From Naegleria gruberi (Eukaryota), in NCBI GenBank assembly GCA_000004985.1, contig GG738871.1: DNA of 64,000 nucleotides; one strand, written 5' to 3'. The stretch's first letter is position 1. Each line of letters starts with the position of its first letter. Made by a program: the position numbers and the translations under genes. Below are positions 1 through 9,357 of this stretch, piece after piece. The notes below the pieces were generated by a model. The model saw only the letters and a program-made list of their open reading frames with translations, did no database searches and had not been told where the DNA came from.

Positions 1-582
1 ACCAACCATCGATGGTCAATCAATGAAGCACCACACAAATGATAGGAATCTCCTTCAATGGTCACTTGAAGAGAGGCTGCATGTGGAAATTGGTGATCAT
101 CAGAAACAATTTCACCTCCCATTATTTTAGAATTCCTTAGACGATACAATTTATCAAGTAGTTGACCATATGGATTATTATTGGAAATTGTCAACTTGTC
201 CACTACATGATTCTTTGTTTTAATGGAAACTTCATTCGTTATTGTTGCTGTTGCTGTTGATTCAATATTGTTGAGGGTTGAAAATGCTTTTGAGTTTGTA
301 ATGAATATTGGTTCTGGATTGTCGAGTAGAATTTGAAAAGATAATAACGAAACCACCACCAGTAAAAGGAGTGATAGAACAATGCATGATGTAACCAACA
401 ATGCACAAATCTTGTAATTTTTTGTCATGGTTAATTGTTATACTCAAATGATAGTTTCCAAGTCAATTGAGTTTTGTTATCTTTCAGAAAAGGAAACTGT
501 TAAAATTTGGAAATTGAGTAAAACAGTTTGAGGTCAGCAAGATAATTTACTCAACCTTTATTCAATGTAGAAATTGTACAAT

Positions 583-1417
583 TTAAACCTTATTTTCCTC
601 AACTGATGTTTGTTCCGAAAATTGTGTGTTAATAGTGTCGGCTTTTGGTGGTTCTTCCACTATAGTAACTTCCACAGGTTTAGTAGTATTATCGGATGAT
701 GTATTAATAACTTGTTGAACTTCTTGTTGTTGTTTGATGGATTGTTCTAATTGTTCCTTCTTCAAATCTTGTTGTTTTTGATAATTAACAAACATGCCTT
801 CAAACAATTCTCTTGGCTTGTAGAATGCTCCAACAAAGATCTTTGGATAGACAACAGCAGAGACAAAAGCAGCAGCCAAAGCATAATTTCTAATGGCGGC
901 TTTTGGTTGGAGATTGAATGGAATAGCTAAGAGAGCAAGTCCAGGAATGACAAATTGTGGATTAGAATCCTTCCACTTGAGAGTTGATTCTATTGTTGCT
1001 GTTGTTGTTGTTATTATTATATTAAAATTCAATCAAAATAATTATTCATCATCATATTCATATTATTAATTCCAATATTATTAAAAGCAATCATTTTGAT
1101 CGTAATATTAATCATATCATCATAGCAAATATATCATCGTCATTAAATATATATTTAAATTCATCATCATCATATTGCGCAATAAGAAAAATTCCGGCAC
1201 AACAACAATATTCAAACTTACATTCAGTAGTTTTAACAGTATTATCCTTTGTTTCAGTGACGAATTTAGAAGTGGCATCAATTGTAGAGGTAGTCTTCTT
1301 AACAGTACAATCCTTCAAAACTAACAGGCTGTGGAAGAATCGTCTGACTGGAGCCCATTCTCCTTCCCAGACAACAACACGTTCAATGCGGGTTTCTTGT
1401 TGCTTGTTTTCACTCAT
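583..1417 (-). CDS. Hypothetical small protein, two exons (1222..1417 and 583..998; intron 999..1221 from GTAAGT to ..caacag). The second half is hydrophobic.
   Basis: ORFs 1112..1417 and 583..1032 join in frame across a GTAAGT...AG intron (phase 1). The product reads ...NTVKTTE-S-TIESTLKWKDSNPQFVIPGLALLAIPFNLQ... No family recognised. Confidence 0.4.
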
Positions 1418-2237
1418 TTTTATTGTTCTTGTTGATGATATGGAATTATTTTATATCCTTATTTAAACAGGTATGATGCAGGGAAGGAGACGATTTTGAG
1501 AAAGGATGATCAGCATTTTCATCTTGATTGTGTTAGCCTGAAGGTAAATGGTAGCTTAACAGAATGCTACTGCTAACTTGGGTAGTTTGAAAAAAGTTAG
1601 CGCCAATAGTTTTCGTTTTTTAAAAAATTAAAAAACATACAAATATTCAACCCTTCACCTCACTAATTCCGAACTAGCAGTGGATAAAAGAGTGTTAGAA
1701 AATGGGTATGGTTATGAAGGTACAGAGGAAGGGCTGATATTTAAAGGAATATAACTAAAGGAAAAGGAGGATTTTATGAAAAACTTGTTCAAGATAAGAA
1801 AACACTTTATCATTTGAGAAAAAGAACATATTATCTATTATCCTTCATTTACAAATAATTTGACAATGTTCATAACTCTCTGGAGCAATGTTTCTACTGA
1901 CATTGGTTGTATCAAATGAACTTGATTACAGAGCAAATCAACAAAATTGTCGAACAGTTATGGGAAGAAAATTGGTCAGTTCAACCATTGAGTTAGAAGA
2001 TCAATTCCTTGGTAAATTGCAACAACATTGTTATTTTCATAACCATCAACTTCTAAATGTGGAGCTTAGTTGTCAAAACATAGCCCTCACTATGTGTTCT
2101 GACATTCGAACAAAAAACCAGATCACTGAGGATACTAGAGGTTCGTTTCTGTGAACTGGTTTTCAACTCTGAACATCAAAAAGCTTTAAATCTCAACCTG
2201 CCAACCATCAAAATGAACACAATCAAAAAAAAACAAT

Positions 2238-3491
2238 ATGAAAATTAGCCAATTATTGTGCTGTATTGCTCTCGTTCTTGGATACTTATTCATCCAAGTT
2301 CACTCACAAGCAACCTTTGATATCAAGGGTAAGGTCATCCCAACCAACAAGTTCTGTAAGAGAAGGATTGATATCTCCAAAGATGACTCTGCCAAGACTG
2401 TTAAATTCTCAACCACCTCCCTCTGTGCTGCTGATAGAAAGAATGGAACAGCTATTGGAGCTTTCTCTTCAATGGATTATGTTGCTTCCATTGTTCGTTT
2501 CCCAATTATTGGAATGAAAGCCAAGACAACTGTCAAGGTTGTAACACCAATTACAAAGGTTGAACGTGACTTGTCCATTGTTGTTGGATCTGCTTTTGGC
2601 ATTGACAGAATTATTGAATATCAAGAAGTTAATGGTCTTGAAGGTTATCAACCTGGCAATGATACAATTGTTAAACTTTACAATTTACGTGAACAAAATT
2701 GGAAGGTTTTAGATCTCTCCAAGAAGCTTGTTGAAGGAACCAATGATACTTTTATTTATCAAGCTCTTGTTGAAGCTAACGTTACTGGATGTTGTACTGT
2801 TAGAATGAGTGCTGTCATTTCATCTGCACCAATTCAATTCACATCACCAAAGGTTGCTGCTCGTACTGGTGTTACTCAAATCTTGAGTCCATCTTCTTTG
2901 AAGGTTACCTTTGAATTGTTAAATATTCAATATTCTCAATCATCTGGCTCTTATATTGCTTTGGGAACTGTGGTTGCTTTCCGTGGTTCTAGACGTGATA
3001 AGGTTTCAACTGATAATGATGCATTTGCACCATCAAGTGGTAATTCTAGACAATCAACCAATTATGAAAAGCCAGATGATGCTAGTGATGATCAAGCTGT
3101 TACTCAATTTGATAATGATTTGAGTACTCAATTAGATGGTAATCAAGCAAGTCTTCCAAAGCCATTCTTCAGTTTCCAAAAGTTTATTTCCAAGTACTCT
3201 TCTAGCTCTCCAACTGTTGTCACTCGTGGAAAGTTGATTTACACTCCAATGAACACCATTGAAGTATTGAACTCTGATGAACAATTTATTAAGGATTCAA
3301 TTGAAACTTCTGGAACAGTTGTTGCTCGTTTCTGGGTTTCATTGACTGAAAGAGTTGAGAATGCTGTTTGGGATCCTTCCAGTGGCAGTCAAGAAAATGC
3401 TGATTATTTGACCACCAGTGGTGCTAACTCTCAATCTTTGATCAGTTTCTTGGTTGTTTTGCTTTCATTTATTATATGTAACTTGTTGTAA
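2238..3491 (+). CDS. Secreted, probably GPI-anchored, surface protein (417 aa) of unknown function.
   Basis: The N-terminal signal peptide is MKISQLLCCIALVLGYLFIQVHS. The C-terminus is a hydrophobic tail (SLISFLVVLLSFIICNLL) preceded by small residues, a GPI-anchor pattern. There are several NxT/S sites. Confidence 0.5.
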   Translation: MKISQLLCCIALVLGYLFIQVHSQATFDIKGKVIPTNKFCKRRIDISKDDSAKTVKFSTTSLCAADRKNGTAIGAFSSMDYVASIVRFPIIGMKAKTTVKVVTPITKVERDLSIVVGSAFGIDRIIEYQEVNGLEGYQPGNDTIVKLYNLREQNWKVLDLSKKLVEGTNDTFIYQALVEANVTGCCTVRMSAVISSAPIQFTSPKVAARTGVTQILSPSSLKVTFELLNIQYSQSSGSYIALGTVVAFRGSRRDKVSTDNDAFAPSSGNSRQSTNYEKPDDASDDQAVTQFDNDLSTQLDGNQASLPKPFFSFQKFISKYSSSSPTVVTRGKLIYTPMNTIEVLNSDEQFIKDSIETSGTVVARFWVSLTERVENAVWDPSSGSQENADYLTTSGANSQSLISFLVVLLSFIICNLL

Positions 3492-3632
3492 ATTAATAAA
3501 CAATATTGTGTGAGACAAATTAATTAATTGGTTTCTCTTTCAGAATTTCGGATTCACAGTTCTTTCCAACATACAGGGAGGGATTTTTCTTGTTCATTAC
3601 AAATCAAGTCAGATCCAGGAGCAGCCAAAGGT

Positions 3633-5120
3633 TCAGTATTTAATTTCTGAATTCAACAGTAAGTTTGACATACCTGTTCCATCAGTTACAATAGAAACAA
3701 ATCGGCAATCAAGTGGGTTAGTATTAGGAAAGAATAGTTGGATTGGAAGTAAAATAAAAAATGTCATTGCTGATAATTGAACAGCAATGCAGTAATGTTT
3801 TGCATTGCACTGGAGTGTAAAATTGCCTATGCCTATATCTGTTGGATTAGGAGTCCAGGTAATTGCTGTGGAAGTATACTGAGATAGAGCTTGATGAGTT
3901 GCTGTGTCACGATTTAATTGTCTGATATTGTTATTGAAATTGATATTTTGAGGGAAAAGTGAATTGATAGAACCATTCATAGGTGTTATTGGCATTCCTA
4001 TCATTGAATAATTGCTACTTCCAAATTGAAAATTGAACATGACTGTTGTTGGTATAGTTTGTGAGGATGATATTGAGCTGGAAGTGTTTGGTGGATTGGC
4101 GGATTCATTTCCTTTCTTCTTCTTTTGATCATTTTCCCAAACAATAATTAATTCGTGTTCTTTTCGTTTCTTCTCATTCTTCTTTCGTTCTTTTTCTAGT
4201 ATTTCTTGCTCCTTTCTTTGCTTTTTCTGTGCTATTCGTTCCTTTTCTATTCTACTCTTATCGAGCAGTCTAGAAAAAACGAATTGAGGAGTCAAGTTTG
4301 GGTTTAATTGGTAATCGAGTAAAAATTTCTGTAAATCCCGTAAATTTTCTTTGGCATTTTTCATCAATTTCAATTGATATGTCTGTATTTCTTGGGTTGT
4401 AAATTTCTTTTGCATACTTGATTTGTAGGAGGTAGATATTGTTATACAGGAGTCTAAGGTATTACTGAACTTCTTTAGTTTTGATCTAATGTGTGATACT
4501 TGAGTATTACTAAGAGTGAATGAAAATTCAAACTTTTTCTGGTAGAAATTTTTGATGAAAGAGTTAACAGAAGAACACAGATCACAATCACAATCAAACT
4601 CTGAGGGTTGTGAGAAGCAAATTGTTAGCGCTTTTCTATCATTGATGCACTTTTCTAAATACTCTATACTTGTTTTCATTAATCTTACCCAATTTTGTAA
4701 AGCACCATTTGTACAAAGAGACTGAAAATTATTTCTTACAAAGTAAGTGTCCAATATTTTAACAATGGTAAATATAACTTCATCCTTATCCATCATTAAT
4801 TCCCAAACCTCAATTAATTTGCTAATAGATTCATACTCTTTTGTATCAAATAAATTTGAAAAAATTGTTTCATGCTCCTCCTGTGTTTTCAATAATTTGT
4901 TTTCAATAATATATTTCCTAAATCCAGAATAGAAAAGTTGAACATCTTTGTTTTCAACATCTTGCTTATAATTTTCAAAATATGTAGATGGCTTTAAATT
5001 TGAAAACAGTACAGAGGGCTCAAATGTACTGTAACCATAATCTTGAATGAGCTGTAAGGATTTTGGGTAATCATTTTTCAGGTAGATGGGTATGAGACAC
5101 TGTGCAAACTCTCTTGTCAA
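3633..5120 (-). CDS. Hypothetical protein (about 495 aa) with a Lys/Glu-rich coiled-coil segment and a Ser/Asn-rich tail.
   Basis: Long ORF with a KKQRKEQEILEKERKKNEKKRKEHE stretch. It may start at a TTG/ATG near 5120. No family recognised. Its relation to the gene immediately upstream is unresolved. Confidence 0.4.
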   Translation of the reverse strand: MTREFAQCLIPIYLKNDYPKSLQLIQDYGYSTFEPSVLFSNLKPSTYFENYKQDVENKDVQLFYSGFRKYIIENKLLKTQEEHETIFSNLFDTKEYESISKLIEVWELMMDKDEVIFTIVKILDTYFVRNNFQSLCTNGALQNWVRLMKTSIEYLEKCINDRKALTICFSQPSEFDCDCDLCSSVNSFIKNFYQKKFEFSFTLSNTQVSHIRSKLKKFSNTLDSCITISTSYKSSMQKKFTTQEIQTYQLKLMKNAKENLRDLQKFLLDYQLNPNLTPQFVFSRLLDKSRIEKERIAQKKQRKEQEILEKERKKNEKKRKEHELIIVWENDQKKKKGNESANPPNTSSSISSSQTIPTTVMFNFQFGSSNYSMIGMPITPMNGSINSLFPQNINFNNNIRQLNRDTATHQALSQYTSTAITWTPNPTDIGIGNFTLQCNAKHYCIAVQLSAMTFFILLPIQLFFPNTNPLDCRFVSIVTDGTGMSNLLLNSEIKY

Positions 5121-5236
5121 GAATATATCACAAATAAAGAGACTATAATATGGGTCAGATTTCGTAGCATTCGATTCTATTATCGATCTAAAAGCCGGTA
5201 AAAAGAGTTCTGAATCGAATTATAAAGGGGGAAGAT

Positions 5237-7185
5237 TCAACACAACTTACCCTTATCGAAAGAATATACTACATCTCTCTGCTTTTCACAAAATCTATAA
5301 ATTTTTTCCATGCAATCAAAGGACTGAATTACAGGACTAGCTCTTTCGACAATAATTCTCATATCTTCCAAATTGAAATATTTCTCAAAAATATTTAAAT
5401 AATATGATAAATGATAAGTTTCCTTCTTCTTCAATATATCTACAACAAATGAAGCGTAAATATCTCTGAAAGTAGCAAACCCAAACTTATGCAATAATTT
5501 CTCAAATATTACCGATGAAATATTTTGGAAATTACACTTTTTAAGAAGAAAATCTTCAGCTAGCTCTTTGCTATCCAGCTCTATCAATACATCCAACATC
5601 TTCTCATGTTTTGTTCCTTTTACAGAAGAGTCCCATCCAAAAGAAGAAGTATTGAACCAAAAATCAGTAAACTGCTCATAAAAACTTTTCAAATATTGCT
5701 CACTTCCAATTTTTAGCAGATGTTTGAAATAGTGGAGTGTAAAGAAGAACCCCAAATTAAAGTAAGAGTAATCCTCATCTGGAAGAATAATCAAACACGT
5801 GGTTCTGTACCATTTTGATGATTGAGTTCCATAATTTCCTTCAAGAGAAAAAATTACATATTAAAAAAAATCAAATAAATACCTGTTTGATATTCAACGG
5901 ATTGCAATAGTTTCATATCATTAGCTCTTTCTTTTGGGAAGAATTCATTTAAATCTTGCGTTAGTTCGGCATAAATTGGCTCATTATTATAAAATATCTT
6001 TGAAATTTCAAAAGTAGCACCTTTTTCAAAATCTCCATCACTATATCCATCATTAACTCGTTTCGTGATAAATGCTGGAATAATTAAAATTTTCAAACAT
6101 GTGTCTTTTAAGGCAGAATAGATTTTGTAATCATTTCCTTTCAAATTTTCACACCCAAAAACTAGACTCTCTGATGTATAATCATGTTCCAATAAATAAA
6201 TTATAGATTTGTAGTAGAGATCGCCTTTCAACCATGAAATCAACTGCTGACTCAGCATTTCTAGATCATTTTCAATGTCTACAATGGGTAATGGTTGGTT
6301 GATATCATGGGTCGTGACAATAATATTATAAACTAGACAAGTTCTATATCCACTTGTCAAAGGCATTACTGCATGATCACAATCCGAATAGAATGAAATG
6401 AAATGGGCAGAGGTTGAAGCATCTTCGTCTGAATAATCAATTTCCCTTTCACTCGAATTATGTCTAATTTTAAAAGAACCTCCTTCATAGAGGGATGGTA
6501 AAATAATTGCCAAGGTGCATGTTTGTTGACATTCCTTTTCTTTGTGAAAATCAAAATGACCTCCTTTCTCGTATAATAATAATTTGTGCAATTTACATGG
6601 ACTTTGAACCACTTTCTTGTGTTTCTCAATTCCCAATCCACTTTTGATTTTTGAATTCAATAATAAATGCAATTCTTTCTGCCAGACTGGATTAGTAATT
6701 CTGAATTGGTGTGGTTCCAATTCGAATGAATTTCTCACTTGATCATGAATTGTTTCCTCACCCTTTCCAAATGGTGATTTCTTCCCAATTCGTATAATTT
6801 CATCAGCCTGTTCTTTGTAAATGATTGGCAATGCAATAGGTTTATATTTCTCTACATTCTCTTCAGTAATTATTAATTCAATTCCAGGCACTTTCATCAC
6901 ATCAGGAAGACGATCATAATAATAATAATTTCCTCCAACTGATGTAATATTTGTAAAGGTATTCTGCAGCCTTCCAAAAAGATCCTCCATATTGAAGGAA
7001 TTATCATGATCGGAATCACTTTCATTTGCTTGATCGGATGAATCTGTGTCATTTACTTCTTCAGTTTTAATTTCATTGGTTGCGTGATGTTCGTTTGTTT
7101 CTGCGTGAGAGGATGCAAGAGTTTCATTTTGCTCCATTTTTTGGTGGAAATTTATGCTCTTTCCCGCCAAGATAAACGTTGCCAC
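5237..7185 (-). CDS. 2OG-Fe(II) oxygenase of the prolyl-4-hydroxylase (P4Hc/PKHD-like) superfamily plus a C-terminal domain of unknown function. Exons are 5883..7185 and 5237..5838; the intron is 5839..5882 (44 nt).
   Basis: The core double-stranded beta-helix motifs are present: GGHFDFHKE (HxD), then SDCDHAVMPLTSGYRTCLVYNI (second His with Arg ten residues downstream), as in PHD/Ofd1-type hydroxylases. The intron runs GTATTT...CTTGAAG in phase 1. It joins ...VEYQT-G-NYGTQSSKWYR... in frame, and the exon lengths agree. Confidence 0.6.
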
Positions 7186-7546
7186 AGAGAAAGATAAAAA
7201 AATGTGGTGATATTATTTGAATGTTTGATAATGTTTAGATGGAGGTGTTTCTGCTTTTTCTCCATTATAAAATACTAAATATTGAAATATTGTTAATCAA
7301 ATATGATGAAATTAATAGTAACATTTGGAAACTTTGATCATCAGAAAACAAAATGTGATACTAATAGACAACTAGTAGTTGTTGGATAATCAATTTAGAG
7401 ATCTTCATTTCGGATGGAACAATAACCATCATGATGCATATAAAATTATCATCACATAATTAATTCCAAATCAGTACATTTTCATCGAAATGGATAAAAA
7501 CAAACGATTAGAACAAAGCAAACTAAAAAATTGAGTCAAAAGGATC
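7186..7546. promoter_or_regulatory. Intergenic region shared by two divergently transcribed dioxygenase genes; presumed bidirectional promoter.
   Basis: AT-rich 361-bp spacer between the start codons at 7185 (minus strand) and 7547 (plus strand). No specific motif was verified. Confidence 0.3.
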
Positions 7547-9298
7547 ATGTCTATTAACACCACTTTCAATCAAAAGACTACTCAAAGTGGAGAACCTCCA
7601 ATGATGATGAGAATGACAAATAGTAGTACACCACCACTAACACCAAAGAATTGCCTCCCTATTTTCGTCTACAATGATTATGGGAAATTAATTAGAGAGG
7701 AACAGCAACAACCTACTGATATTATTACTAATAACAATAATTCAATGATGAGATCTATGCCAACTACCAATAGATGGGAAACAAATCCACAAACACCATT
7801 AAGTGTTTCTCCTTTCCAACCACTTTTACCGATTCCAAATTTCTCTCATGCATTCATTGTGGGAAATTTGCCACCAAGTGTGTCAGTGAGGAGAAAGAAT
7901 AGGAAAATGTCAGAGAAACCAAAAAACAACTCTGCACCAAGTAAAATAATGCATCAATTAGAATTATCAGTATTGAATAATCAGAGAAGAATTGCACCAA
8001 AAGGACCTCTTGCTGATATTTCTAATATACAACTTCCTCAACAAGAATCAACAAATAAGAGCAATAACACAACACCTAAAAAACCAAGAATTAGGCAATT
8101 AATGTTAACAACTCCCCTTAGAGAAAGCCTTCAATCAAACCAATCGGCCAGAAGCAAATACATTGATGAAGAAGCAAATAATTATTCTATTAATGATAGT
8201 CCTGAAACAACAATTATTAAAACCAGCAATACAAAAGATAGTGAGCATAAGGCAGCGATGGCAACTAATTTGGGCTTATCTACTGATGATTTTGAGTGCA
8301 AACCATTCGAAACCACAACACTACCTTCCGTCATTGATAAGAATTATCTGGTGGTTGATAAGGAAGGATGTACACAATTAGCACTCCTTCCCAATCACAT
8401 CCCAACAAGTGTGTGTAAACTTATTGAGGTGAAGTGTAGGAAAGTTTCTAACTTGAGACATGCCTTAAAAATCCAAAAGGCATCATTTTACGTCAATTGG
8501 TGGACTAAAAGTCAGCCAATGGGCTATATGTGTAAAGATAACGAATCTGAAATTGGAAAAGTTGTCAATGAGATTGCAGAATTACTCTCTGATCATTGTA
8601 GAAATTTATTACGAATGTGCAATGAGAGAGTGTACAAGAAAATTAGTGAGCTGAAGGAAGACAAGTTTTTTGCACCTTGTATTTGTTTTAATATATTGGA
8701 ACATGATTTGGAGAGCAGAATTACGAAATTTCATCATGATAAAATGGATTATGGAGTTTCAGTTTTATTCTATTTTGGAGACTATAGTCGAGGAAATTTG
8801 AATGTTTTGGATGCAGGATCTTCATCAACCATTGTCACACGACCTGGTGATGCTGTAATATTGAGAGGAAATTACTACAAGCATTCTGTGCAAAACATTG
8901 AACCTGGGAACAATAAGGCAAGATACAGCATTGTATTTTTTGCTCATTCGACACATTTCCTTAAGAAAAAGTATGAACTCTCCCCTGCAGCTGCTAAGAA
9001 GGCATTCTTGGTTGACAATCCTGATTTTGTTTCCATAAAGAAGAGAAAGCAAGCCAGTTCCTCCTCAGATGTGAGTGTAAAGAAATCAAAGAAATCCACT
9101 GAAGATAATGTAGAATTCATTCAGACTCACACCTACTTGGGCAATGGTTACAAGTCTGGTCACAAGAATTATCAATATTATGTTAAATTTAATAATAGTG
9201 ATCAGAAGGAGTGGAAATCTTACGAAAGCTTGCCGAAGCAAGCAGTTGCCTCCTATTGGGTAAAATTCAAAAAGCTCAAATCTTTGAGCAATCAATAA
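7547..9298 (+). CDS. Tet/JBP-family 2OG-Fe(II) dioxygenase of the 5-methylcytosine oxidase type (Naegleria NgTet-like). It has a low-complexity N-terminal extension and a chromodomain-like C-terminus.
   Basis: The segment ...ALLPNHIPTSV...KFHHDKMDYGVSVLFYFGDYSRGNLNVLDAGSSSTIVTRPGDAVILRGNYYKHSVQNIEPGNNKARYSIVFFAHSTHF closely resembles NgTet1 as I recall it (KPHKDNLD...SLFYFGNF...VQPGDVLFFKGNEYKHVVANI...RIGLVYFAHKGSK). The HxD, distal His and Arg residues are all present. The C-terminus, NYQYYVKFNNSDQKEWKSYESLP, has a chromodomain-like aromatic pattern. It is a single exon. Confidence 0.7.
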   Translation: MSINTTFNQKTTQSGEPPMMMRMTNSSTPPLTPKNCLPIFVYNDYGKLIREEQQQPTDIITNNNNSMMRSMPTTNRWETNPQTPLSVSPFQPLLPIPNFSHAFIVGNLPPSVSVRRKNRKMSEKPKNNSAPSKIMHQLELSVLNNQRRIAPKGPLADISNIQLPQQESTNKSNNTTPKKPRIRQLMLTTPLRESLQSNQSARSKYIDEEANNYSINDSPETTIIKTSNTKDSEHKAAMATNLGLSTDDFECKPFETTTLPSVIDKNYLVVDKEGCTQLALLPNHIPTSVCKLIEVKCRKVSNLRHALKIQKASFYVNWWTKSQPMGYMCKDNESEIGKVVNEIAELLSDHCRNLLRMCNERVYKKISELKEDKFFAPCICFNILEHDLESRITKFHHDKMDYGVSVLFYFGDYSRGNLNVLDAGSSSTIVTRPGDAVILRGNYYKHSVQNIEPGNNKARYSIVFFAHSTHFLKKKYELSPAAAKKAFLVDNPDFVSIKKRKQASSSSDVSVKKSKKSTEDNVEFIQTHTYLGNGYKSGHKNYQYYVKFNNSDQKEWKSYESLPKQAVASYWVKFKKLKSLSNQ

Positions 9299-9357
9299 AA
9301 GCAATAATTCCAGCGTAATTAAATTTGTGAAAGATTATTTTATTACCTATAATCAAC

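Noticed and set aside
1470-1700. GC-richer intergenic patch (cagggaaggagacgattttgagaaaggatgatcagc...) as a possible ncRNA
   Set aside because: No recognisable RNA family motif. It lies in the 3' flank of two convergent genes.
1888-2154. Plus-strand 88-aa ORF
   Set aside because: Short, with no recognisable domain. It lies in the upstream region of the GPI-protein gene and is probably spurious.
5120-5237. Joining the 3633..5120 ORF to the upstream dioxygenase gene as a single transcript
   Set aside because: No phase-compatible GT-AG pair could be found across the 117-bp gap. The donor AAGG|GTAAGT is phase 1 and the only acceptor needs phase 2. I treat them as separate genes, which is unverified.
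7547-9298. Tet/JBP gene as part of a transposon (as in fungal KDZ elements)
   Set aside because: No terminal repeats, transposase ORF or target-site duplication are visible around the gene. It sits in an ordinary divergent gene pair.
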